A stretch of 64,000 nucleotides of DNA from Camelus ferus (Eukaryota): contig NC_045707.1 in the NCBI RefSeq assembly GCF_009834535.1, positions 56,918,001 to 56,982,000 of the forward strand, given 5' to 3'. The notes beneath the pieces are model-generated. The model ran no database searches. It saw only the letters and a program-made list of their open reading frames with translations, and was not told the DNA's origin. How positions within the stretch are numbered: position 1 is the stretch's first letter; each line of letters starts with the position of its first letter. Shown here piece by piece: positions 53,420 to 64,000 of this stretch. The position numbers and the translations under genes were made by a program.

Positions 53420-53600
53420 TTCAGTTTGAGTTGAGTCCTATATTTATCACTTAATAATTTATTTAACCTCTCTGCACCTCGGCTTTTTCATCTGTGAAAT
53501 GGAATTTTAATAAATTTGGACCAAGCTTTCTTTCAAAGAAGTCATGATATTTAGGTGAAATAGTTTATGAGAAAGCACTTCGTAAACTTGAAGTACTGAA
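53420..53600 (+). mobile_element. MIR SINE
   Basis: tttaacctctctgcacctcggctttttcatctgtgaaatgg...gaaagcacttcgtaaac. Confidence 0.65.
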
Positions 53601-53921
53601 GTTGTATTGCTATTATTAGTTTTAAAAGGTGAATATCAGCTAGTTATTAGTTAAGTAGATAAACACTCTTCTGTGGACAGTTTGGACTTGATGATAAAAC
53701 AATGTAACAGTACTTCATTTTATACTGACAACTAAAGTTCCTTCCATTAGATAAACAGATACCTTATTTGTTCATAGGATGCTTCTGTAGCACTACATGC
53801 ATTTTTAAAATGAATTTTCAGTTCACTTATTTATGCAGTTTGTAAAAATAATAGCATCTGCAATTTTGAGGGAGATTATTGTGTGTCTGGCACGATGCTA
53901 AGTACTATACATACCCTCCCA

Positions 53922-53978
53922 ACACACACACACACACACACACACGCACGCACGTGCACACACACACACACACACACA
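53922..53978. repeat. (CA)n microsatellite with a CG-containing interruption
   Basis: acacac...cacgcacgcacgtgcacacac. Confidence 0.92.
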
Positions 53979-54917
53979 GTTTTCAGTTACTCATTACCTA
54001 TGAGAAAAATGTAATTATTACTAGCATTTTGCAAATAAACTAAACTGAGGCTTCAAGGAACCAAGTGTATTGTTTTGCATGTAATCACTAGTCAGCAGGA
54101 ACCGAAGGCCAGGAAATCTGACTCCAAATTTGAGTGTATAACAGTATCCCACAAGGCTGCCTGGTCTTTTTCTTAATAACATTTCTCTATATATGAAATC
54201 TGTGTCTCTAAATCAACAGTTTACCTTCTACCAGTATTTGAATTCATCATGACCTCTTTGTTAAATTTCTGTGGATTATTTTAAGGGTCATTATATGAAC
54301 AGATAAAACAGGTGTTAACTTAATTAATAAGACATATTAAGTCAATTAATTAAATCAGCCTCCCTTTAAATTGCCAAATATTGGATTGAAATTAAATATT
54401 TTACTCTATAGAAAAGATACATTAAAACATCTAGATGCCATTTGCAGCTATTTGGATAAATTTGTTTACTGGATTTTAAACCTTGCATCTAAATGTTTTC
54501 CCTTGGTGTAGATTTCAGTATCAGCAACTGCGTAGAGACCTGAAGTAAACAATGTGAGAGCATTGTTTTGGTCCCTGTGTTTTCAGTGTAGAAATTCTGA
54601 GATCTCAAGTTATACAAAATGAGAGGATTTCTGCGGCACGTCTCTACTCCCATTTCATTTTGGCAAGGAAGAACAGTGCATCTCAAGTGCTGAGAGATTT
54701 GAAGTTCCAAATAGGTGAACTTTTGGGAGACTAAAAAGAAAAGTATGGATGGACAGAAAGGATGCAGGAACTGCTCTTCTCTGTTTGTGTATGAGTATGT
54801 ATGAGTAAATGTGTGTGTAATTAGTAATTGGATTGCTTAAGATTTTATTTTTTAAAACTTGTTAGCAGAAAACATCACAAATTTGATCAGCTGGTATTTA
54901 TCACATACTATATATTT

Positions 54918-55272
54918 GCCTTAGTCTTTTGGAGCTACTATAACAAACTATAGACTGAGTGGTTTAAACAACCAACATTTATCTCTTAATTCTGGCAGCT
55001 TGGTAATCAGAGATCAAGGACCTGGCCTGTTTGTGTCTTGTGAGAACCTGCTTCCTGGTTCGTAGATGGTGCCTTCTTGCTGTGTCCTCACATGACAGAT
55101 TGAGTGAATGAGATTCTGGGGTCTCTTTTATAAGGGCACTAAATCCAATTAATGTGGGCTCCACCCTCATGACCTAATCATCCACCAAAGGTGTCACCTC
55201 CTACAACCATCACATTTGAGGTTAGGATTCAAGATACTAATTTTAGGGGGACATAAACATTCAATTCATAAC
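54918..55272 (-). mobile_element. MaLR solo LTR (MLT1A-like)
   Basis: tgccttagtc...ctactataacaaac...gggcactaaatcc...ccctcatgacctaatca...gggggacataaacattca. Confidence 0.85.
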
Positions 55273-55284
55273 TCTATTACTAGC

Positions 55285-55915
55285 CTTTAGCCAAACTGCA
55301 CAGTCCAAGGGCACAGTTCTTCACAAGACTGGCCTCACTTCTGACACCAATTGCAAGTTTATGGGGTCCCCAATTCCATTCTCAGTTTTGATAATTCACT
55401 AGAAAGACTCACAGAACTCACTGAAAGCTACTGCAGTCACATTTATGGCTTATTACAGGGGAAATGATAGGAATCAAAATTAGCCAAAGTAATCCATAGG
55501 GCAGAATCCTGGAGGGTTCCAAATGCTAGGCTTCCATTGTCCTCAGGATACATTACTCTCCTAGAATTGATGTGTGATAATTCTCCAACCTGGGAAGCTC
55601 ACTGAAGCTTTGAGTGTCCAGAGTTTTTAATGGAAATTTCATTCCATAAGGATAATTGATTGATTGTCCACCTGGTTGAACTCAGCTGCCATCCAGGTTA
55701 ACACAAAGCTTCCTAAATCATATGGTTGGTCTTTCTGGAATAACTAGTCTCCAATTTAAGACTATTCAGTGTGACCAGCCCCATCCGAAGATCCACTGTA
55801 GCCAGACCTCATCCTAAACAAAGACATTCCTATCAGGTATGACACAGATTACCTCCTCGAAGCTGAAGGCAAAGGTCTGACCTCTCTTCTGGCAAAGCCG
55901 AATTCTTTACTACTT
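55285..55915 (-). mobile_element. MER21/MER77-like LTR
   Basis: cctcacttctgacacca, gataattcactagaaagactcacagaactcactgaaagc; ends gaattctttactac, the reverse complement of the family start gtagtaaagaatt. Confidence 0.75.
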
Positions 55916-56808
55916 CCGATCATCTTAACTGTCTACCCTAAGTGAAGATTTTTTAATGAACACATAGTGTTGATAATATCTCCTTGTTTAATAACTTGTT
56001 GATAAAGCCAATATGTTGTTTTACACTCAGAAAACACTGTAATTGGGAGATAAGGAGGAAAAAACCTGTAAGTGGAATCAGGAAATGTGTTGAGGAAGTT
56101 TTATAAAATCAGTTTAAAAAGCGTGAGCAAGAGAGAGAGAGAGAGATGCATGGTGGGAGCGAGAGGGAAAATACAGTGTTCTTGAGAGAAAATTGCAATA
56201 CAGTTAGATTATAGTGTCAGAAATGTTTTGGGGGAACCAACTGTTTTGAGGCACTGGGCCAGGTCATGCACTTAAGTGCTGCATTTTCTCACACTTCCAG
56301 GCTGTTTCATTTACCTCTCTTCACCATCAGGTTTATGGATCCCCACACCAAGAGTTAACCCTGTTATTAGCAGTGAGAATATACTGAGATCCTGCTGTTG
56401 CCTCGTCACCTTATATGGCCTGTCACTATTTTAAAGATGCAGAAAACATGGTTCTAAAGTTTGAAGTAACTCACCTGAAATACACAGCTAGCAAATAATT
56501 GAGCAACTGCTCTTCTGTTGAGTCTATTCATTTCTTCAAATCCCTCCTTTTAAAAATTCTTCACAAGGTATTCATTATTTCCCAATGATTCCCGAGGTAT
56601 AGCTATTTTCTATCTGAGGAATTGGATGGGTTTGCAATTGTTTCCATTGTATCAAGAATAAAAAGGACTGGAGGAGGAAAGTAAGTGAATATTTCAGTAT
56701 TAGAAAAAGAGAAATCCACTGAAATCCTTTTATAAAAAAATGATTCTTTCTTATACACAACAGCCTCTCACCAAAGAGGAGAAACAGAGAGGTAGTCCAC
56801 AATAGTGC

Positions 56809-56972
56809 AATAATTCTCAATCTTGGCTGTACACCACATCACCTGTAAAGCATTTGAAAAACACAAATGTATCCAGAAATTCTGATTCATTGTTAGCATA
56901 TGACCTGGCTATCTACACTTAAAAAATTATGTATATAGTTTGATTCTGATTTGAGCCTATAGTTGAGAATGA
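56809..56972. mobile_element. MER5-like hAT-Charlie relic
   Basis: ttctcaatcttggctgtaca...atcacctg...gattctgat...gttgagaa. Confidence 0.5.
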
Positions 56973-57708
56973 GAGTAAGGATTTAGTAGAGAAAAATCAT
57001 GGGCTTTGAGGCAGACAGACATGAGTGGACACCTTAGTCTGCCATTTATAAGCTATATGACTTTTACAAACATTATCATTTTATAGAAAAGGAAACTAAG
57101 GCCCAGAGACAGTAAATAACTTGTTTAAGTTGAGAAGAGGAAAGCGGTACAACCAGAATTCTACTCCACAGTTCATGCTCTTAATTAGTCCTCTCTATAA
57201 TCTACTGGACCAGTACCAAGCACTATTTTGGGTCTTCAGGACATGCCAGTGACCAAGTCAGAAGTAACTCTCTGTCCTCAAAGGGCTTATACTGGAAAAT
57301 TTATGAATTTAAAAATAATTTTAGGTGTAGAAAAATTCTAGAAAACAAATTACAGAGCTATGGACAGAAAGTATTGCAAGTATAATCCACGCTTATTTTT
57401 AAAGGTTTTTTTTCTTTCTGTTCTCTGTTCTTTTGTAATATTACTAACCAGTGTTATCTAAGACATTCTTATTTAGAGACATGTATACCGAAGAGTATGT
57501 GAAAAAAAAATTCACTTCATTAAGTCATTGCATTTCAGGGACAATTTATCCTATGTTTCTACTGACTTAAATGAAATTAGAAAGAATATGTGAAAGCAGA
57601 TAGAAAGAATGAGTCTAAAACTCAGGAAGTAGAGTTCAATTCTGACTTTCACTGCGTCCACTTGAAAAGTTTTTAAAGAAAGAGGCGGATGGATACGAGC
57701 CACTACGC

Positions 57709-58008
57709 CAGGGATCAGCAGACTTTTCTCTACGGGGCCAGCCGGTAAATATTTTAGGCTCTGTGGGCTAGAAGCTCGTTACTGCAACTACTCGACCAGT
57801 GCAGAGCAAAAGTGACCAGACGACTATGTAAATGAACGAGCTTGCCCTTGTCCCAATAAAAATGGAATCATGGACACTCAAAATTGAATTTCTTATCATT
57901 TTTATGTGTCACAAAGTATTATCCTTCTTTTGGTTTTTTTCTAAGCATTCAAAAATGGAAAAACTATTTTTAGCTTGCAAGCCTGACAGGCTTAGTTGGC
58001 CACCCCTG
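57709..58008 (+). mobile_element. MER58B-like hAT-Charlie MITE
   Basis: Terminal inverted repeats cagggatcagcagac...gttggccacccctg; internal gtaaatattttaggc and gtcccaataaaa. Confidence 0.8.
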
Positions 58009-58574
58009 GGCGCCATGATCACTTAGGTTGTGTGCTCCGTCACAAGCCTTCAGCAGCCTTTCCCTGGGCTGCTGCCTCTGCCTGCAGAGAGCAATAGCAA
58101 TAGACAAGGAAAAAAACTTCTGTATGTGAAGACTTCATATGCATTGGTCTTCAAACTGAAGGGTTGTATAAGGGTCACCTGGAAAAGCACTAAAATTCAG
58201 ATTCATTAAAATGGAATCTGCATTTTTAAGAACCATCATGGATGATGTTGAACTGCTAGTAAGAATCTTGATCTAAATATGACATAAATGTAGGACATAG
58301 AACCAACCAATACACTGTAGATTACAACACAGTGAGATATGTATCACAATAGAAAGAAGGAGGCAAAAATATGAAATGTTCTGTGAAAACTGGACAGTAA
58401 AGAGCAGTTAGAAGTTAGTGTGGGCACTTGGGGAGAAAGTGACAAGTACAAAATCCTCATTCTGTGTAGATTACTGAATCAGGTGCTGTGGATGTATTCT
58501 ACCCTGGGTGTGGGGGTGACAAGAAAAGAAAGGAATAAGCCAAACCGGCGCTGTAATCTCCACCCAGGGGAGAT

Positions 58575-58750
58575 TCTGCCATTGACTAGCCCTGTGACTA
58601 CAGGCATTTCCTTGTGACCTCTTTGCTTCAATTACCTCAACTCTGATAGAGTTTACCTCCTCAGGTTGATGTGAGGTTTAAGTGAGTTAATATATGTAGA
58701 GTGCTTAAAACTGTGCTTGGCACAACATATCTTTCAGTAAATATTACTGT
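58575..58750 (+). mobile_element. MIR SINE
   Basis: ctgccattgactagccctgtgac...gtgaggtttaagtgagttaatatatgtagagtgctt...tggcaca. Confidence 0.65.
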
Positions 58751-59574
58751 TATTGATGTTGACGTTTATCTTTTTAACCATGATACTGTTTGACTCATTT
58801 TTAAGATGATTGAACTGAGGTTCCGAGGGGGACTGACTAGGTGGTAACTTATTAGGCAGTGGAAAAGGTTTATCATTCATTCTCTGTGAACTTCCTTTCC
58901 TTCACCCATGACCATAAGGTATAAAGAGCATGTAAGTTCTGGTCCTTCCCATTCTGACATTTTATACTATGTACACATATAAAAAATCACATAAAAATAA
59001 AATTGGAATGTGGGTAAATGAATATAACTTAAGATTATTACCATTAGAAACTAGCACATGGATTACTTTAAAAGAAATTGTTCAGAATAATGGGTTTAGT
59101 GTGCTGCTTTTGTAATTTCTAAGGAAGGAGCTAAGTGGATAAATCCTTTTTATTGCCCTGGCTTGCTTTGTTATATGCAAGAGTGACTAATGGATATTGT
59201 TTCTGCCTTCTACATTTTCTTAAGTACTTTCAAGCACTTTAAAATGCTTTTCTTTCCTTTAAGACTCTTTCTCTTAGCATAACAGAGCTAAAAGGAATTG
59301 TTCCAGGACACAGCCTACAATTTTTTCACTTCTGCCTTGATTGGAGTGGGGAAAAAAAAAAACACAAGGCCTTGAGCGTGTACTTACAGTGTTACCCCTG
59401 CCTGGCTGAGGAGGTGAAATCTTACATGCTACAACGGCAGTATAGTCCATCCCCAAAGAGATTAATTTTATTTTTTTTAAATGCTTGTTGGCCATTTTGA
59501 CTTTTAAGCATGATTTTAGTATAGTGTGTTTGTTTTTAAATTTTTTTCAAGTTATTTTTATTTTTATTTTTAAA

Positions 59575-59700
59575 AAATTTTTAATTAAGTGCAGTTGATT
59601 TACAATGTTAGTTTCATGTGTACAGCCAAGTGATTCAGCTATACATATACATACATATATATCTTTTCAGATTATTTTTCCATTATATGTTATTGCAAAA
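59575..59700 (-). mobile_element. Short cetartiodactyl-type L1 3' UTR fragment
   Basis: gttgatttacaatgttagtttc...gtacagccaagtgattcag, the reverse complement of the family at 15705. Its T-rich tail lies on the left. Confidence 0.75.
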
Positions 59701-59704
59701 ATTG

Positions 59705-60380
59705 CCCTTATTTAAAGTATACATTTTGATGAGTTTGGACGTATGCATACACTCATGATATCATCACTTCAGTCAAAGTGCTAAACATACATATTACCTC
59801 CAAAAATATCTTTGTGTTCTTCTGTTGATTTGTTTTTATTTTTGTTTTTGTCATAAGAACACTTACATGCGATCTATCCTCCATTAAAAAATTATTAAAG
59901 AAAACAATTTAGGTGATACAAACCAACTTTATTTTAAACACTTCATGAAGTGGACAGTCTCTTTTCAGAGAAGTGCAAACTGGAATGGAAGGCAAGAAGC
60001 TTTTGTAAGATAAGGAATAAAGAACAAGGAAGAGAAAAATGGAAACTATCTGATTGGCTGAGGCCACACTGTTCACCTTGTTTGGGGTAAGAAGGTCCAG
60101 AGTTAGGTTGGTGTTTGGGGATGGGCAGACTGCATATACTGCTTTTCTGTCAAGCAGGGCATTTACAGGGACACAAAAGTTACCTCCGTTCTGGTTTGCT
60201 GATGTGGCTCTGTCTTGGGCCTAGAAAGTTATTTCAACACCTCTTAACTTATTTAAAGTCCACAGTACCATACTGTTAACTACAGGCACTATGTTGCATA
60301 GTGGATCTCTAGAACGCATTCACCTTGCATAACTGAAACTTCATACCCACTGAGCCACAACTCCCCATTGCCACACCCCC
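59705..60380 (-). mobile_element. L1MA-like 3' end split by an ERV1 LTR
   Basis: taagaacacttacatgcgatctatcctc | cctcttaac...ctagaacgcattcaccttgcataactgaaact. Confidence 0.7.
59882..60239 (-). mobile_element. ERV1-class solo LTR with a 4-bp TSD (cctc)
   Basis: cctc at 59878-59881 and 60240-60243; ends ...ttcaaca. Minus-strand AATAAA (tttatt, ~59927) and CCAAT (gattgg, ~60052). Confidence 0.7.
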
Positions 60381-60460
60381 ACCCCCAATGCACCGGTTGT
60401 CTTCTCTGATCTCTGAAGCTAAGCAGGGCCTAAGCCTGGTTAGTACTCAGATCACAGAGA
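60381..60460 (+). pseudogene. Truncated 5S rRNA pseudogene
   Basis: ctgatctctgaagctaagcaggg...gcctggttagtact aligns with mammalian 5S CTGATCTCGGAAGCTAAGCAGGGTCGGGCCTGGTTAGTACTTGGATGGGAGA. The 3' end is missing and the C box is decayed. Confidence 0.85.
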
Positions 60461-61131
60461 TGAATTTTAATGTGATATTTTAAGATTCAAATATTTGTTG
60501 TTGGAATTATAGCATGTTTGGATTACTAAAACAGAATGTCAATTCCAAAACATCCCAAATTTCCTGACAGCCGATGGGCTGCGCTTGAATAAACAGATGA
60601 CAGAGATGTGATTAATATTATGTAGACTTAGCTTTATTAATTTGATAATCAGTATTTGCTTGATGAATTTTAATACTACTTAGCAAAACATGCAGTAACT
60701 AAAGAAGAAACTTTTATTCATGTCTTAGCATAATTCATTAAAAAAAAACATTGGGACTTTTGAAGACAGAGACTCTTCGTCACAAAGGGTACTTGCTACT
60801 CTGCAAACTGATCATGTACGGTCTCATTAGACTGTTTAGTTTGCTGTGACCCTCTTCTCAGTCTAACTTGGTCTCCTTATTGTGCTTTTCTTTTTTATTT
60901 ATTTGGAGGAGAAGGGATAATTACTGCAGTCAGTTGTCCCTCTGCCTTTAGCTGAAGCCCAAACCAAATTAGCATATTCTGATTATTCTGACTTTAGAGA
61001 GTAAGGGGTTTAGCAGCAGTGGTTGAGGGGAGTCACTATGAGGAAGGAAGCCTTTGTTCTTTGTCAAGAAGTACTTTATCATAATCAGTACCTTTCCTAA
61101 GTCCTATTTGCTTTCTTGATTGTGAGAAAAG

Positions 61132-61466
61132 TATTAAAAGATAAACTGAGGCATATTAAAAATGTGTAAGAGATTATTTGAAAAAAAAGTCAATTCAAAT
61201 CAAGCAATGCCAATCCAGAAGTGGTCAGGAGTGCTCTGCCGTAGGAGCTAGAGGAAAGCCTTGTCTACTCTGCAAAAGCCAAGAAAAGGAATGATTTGAG
61301 TGGCTATAGCTGAAAGCCTGGTTGGCTGTTTGAGATTGGTTGCCCCCAGCGTTTTGGTTTCCCAGCCTTGAGGCATTTCAGGCTTAGATTTTGGTTTGCT
61401 TCTGTAGGTCACCCTGGCTTTAGAGCCACCTCAGTCTAATGGCTTCCTTGTTTAATTAAATAGACA
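61132..61466 (-). mobile_element. ERV1-like solo LTR
   Basis: tattaaaagataaactgaggcatattaaaa...gaagtggtcaggagtgctc...gattggttg...ccacctcagtctaatggc...gaca. Confidence 0.6.
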
Positions 61467-63864
61467 CTTAGTTTATTTGTATATAAGATTCTGCTGTCTT
61501 CTTTGGGGAGGGGAGAAGTTACTAGCAACAGCATCTTCCTGAGTGATGGAAGTGATTGTAATGTGCTTTTTCCATGACATACAAAACTTTCAACTAAATT
61601 GTGGCCACCATTCTGGGCACTCGAACACCGAATTATTGCTATTGTTTGACACGCGGTGTTGCGTGTCTCAATGTCATTTGTTTACCTCTATGAATATTTT
61701 CCACCCTCCTCATTTATCTGTTTGCTTATTTATATTTCTAACTGAGGCTTGCTTTCTTGCAGTGAAAAATAAAATTTGTTCGGTGTGTGTTTTCCCATTA
61801 TTGACTCTTCTGGGAAACTCTTTTAGGACTTCATTTTTCTTTTGTTCTCTGGATTAATTCTTGTACTTTACCACATTAACAGCTTTCCTTTGGCCATGTT
61901 TCTTACTATTTTTTCATCTTATCCCATTCTTAGCTGTTAATCCACTATAATAGCAGTATGAGCCTTAACAGTTTCCACTAATTCTGTCCAATTTAAATTG
62001 TTTTGTATTTTCTGAAGCCATTTATATGCTTTTAATGAAAATGCCAACATTTGATTGTATTATTACTTACAATATTAGAGAACTGTTTGAATAGTGGAAA
62101 TAAAAATAAAGAGTAATGAAGTCCAAAAATGTAATGACTGCAATCCTGATGAGATAGACAAAATAGAGATATTTGGTAGATAGTTGTAATTTTATTAGAA
62201 TTACGTATTGATAACCATGTTAAAAATATAGCTATTGTTGAAATTATTATTGTTGAATGTTATAGTTATGTTGGAAATAGAGATCATAACCATCCAGTAT
62301 AAAAGCAAATCTAAGCAAACATTTAAAATTTTATTGCTCTTGCAACCATTGTTTTAAAGTTAAAACTAAAAATAACAGTTTTACATGCCAGTTATTGCTT
62401 TAAGAATGGTCTTAAAAATCTTTAATATTACTTATAAAAGAATTTTTTTTATTATTAAAAACTAAGCTTAGATTCCATGGTCAGACAAGGTAACTTTATG
62501 TCTTTAGGTATAAACAAAATCAGTTCAGATGTAAAATTTGGAAATAGCCAAAATTCATATACTGTTCATGTACTATATTTTTCATCAAAGGGTCACCAGA
62601 AACTTACTGGTGACGTGCATTTAAATTTTAGCACCCAGTCAGTTCATCTAATGTGAGTTGGGAAGGCTGGTCAGCCGAAGTGGAGGAGATTAAAAATAAA
62701 GGTATGTAGTGTGTTCTCATTCATTCAATAAATACTTGTTGACTGAATAGAGATAGTGTAGTGGTAAAAATTCTAAACAAACACCAAGTGAACCTATACT
62801 TCCCACCTCTGAGCTATTTGGCCGTTCATTAGGATAGATGAATTCATTCATTAAACCATTAATTAAATAACCATTTTTTGAACTTGACAAGAGGTGAATC
62901 CTTACAGTGCAAACCTCTGATTCTCATATCAAGACAATTTGATCATTCATTTGACCAGTTCAGTTTCACAAGCTTTCAAAGTCTATCCATTCTCACTGAA
63001 AAACATTGAAAATGAATGTTACATATGAGCTGATCAAACTGCAGTAGACTACATGAAGTTGCTTTACTGGTTTTAATATGTTTCAGTGATGCTTATAAAT
63101 CTTATGTGCAAAAACCAGAGTTGGAAAGTGACATAGCTGTTGGCTTGGTGTCCCTAATTCTGTTTGTATAGATGTCTCAGTCTTTATGGTTTCCCAATTA
63201 ATATATAACAACACAAATCCAAATTACTGTGTCTGGAGAGTTGCTTAAGCGTAAATTGTAAATCCCTACTGTTCTTCTAGTTACTTTTCTTTGTTTTTTC
63301 ATGTTGTAACCTCAGTGAAATCTAAGCATGGAATTCAGTTAAATTAGAATAAGTATCTGTGTAGAAGCAAATTATGTGTTGGTGTAGTGAGACTTCTGTA
63401 AGACTCACTCTTGGAATTGTTAATTGAGTTTGGGGTAAAAATAGATGAAAAGAATCTGTTAATTAGATGTGGGCACTGTCTGGAAGCTGTTGTTAGATAA
63501 GTAAAAGCAAATATGAATTTAAAAACATCAGAATGAAAATCCCTGGAGAATTAGCATGAGGGGGTAGACATGATTTATTTTAAAAAGTAGTCGGGAAATT
63601 TTCAAGGTAAATTGAAATGCCTGTGCCACAAAAGAGTTATAAATAAAAATGATAAATAATGTAAACAGCATGATTTTTATTCCTAAAAATAATTGAAGAC
63701 ATCTGTGTCTAAATCATTTTGACAGATCAGGGCAGGTAAATTCCCTTGCTATCATCAGATCTCAGAACTGTAGTCCTGACCTAAATAAATATTTGCATTC
63801 TGTATGCAGTGAATCATTTCATTAATCTTCAAAAGGCATTATAGCATAATTCTTAAGAACCATA

Positions 63865-64000
63865 AGTTTTGAAGGTGCCAGACCTGGATTGGAAACCTAT
63901 CTCTGTTGTATCTTTTTCTGGATGACCTCAAATATATTACTTATTCCCTTTATACTAGTTTCCTCATTTGTGAAATAAAAATAATAATACCCAATCTATA
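63865..64000 (+). mobile_element. MIR SINE, runs off the window edge
   Basis: cagacctggattggaaacc...tgacctc...gtttcctcatttgtgaaataaaaataataatacc. Confidence 0.6.

Noticed and set aside
60381..60460. Functional 5S rRNA gene
   Set aside because: Single, truncated, mutated copy with a decayed C box.
62592..62614. Inverted repeat gtcaccag...ctggtgac
   Set aside because: An 8-bp stem is within chance expectation for 64 kb and may derive from a DNA transposon relic.

Overview
This is AT-rich mammalian genomic DNA, most likely camelid: it has two Vic-1-like tRNA-derived SINEs and cetartiodactyl-type L1 3' ends. The window lies inside the PPFIA2 (liprin-alpha-2) gene, transcribed on the + strand. 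Three short phase-0 coding exons (23161-23262, 36435-36599, 42597-42671) have canonical AG/GT boundaries. They splice into [15 protein letters not shown]...KALDEK-VRERLRVSLERVSALEEELAAANQE, part of the N-terminal coiled coil. The rest is intron filled with decayed L1, L2, MIR, MaLR/ERV LTRs, an ERVL-like internal fossil, hAT DNA transposons, microsatellites and a 5S rRNA pseudogene. Apart from the ORF at 36450..36671 (real exon plus intron read-through), the supplied ORFs look spurious. I found no new multi-gene system. The best leads concern splicing. (1) The third exon begins with GTAAGG, so splicing regenerates an AAG|GTAAGG donor, a recursive-splicing (RS-exon) configuration. (2) There is a candidate alternative first exon, ATG-MQLLLTCFSE|GTAAGG, in frame with the next exon. 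(3) An RBFOX motif cluster follows an exon with weak splice sites. Repeat names come from recalled consensus sequences and repeat boundaries are approximate.
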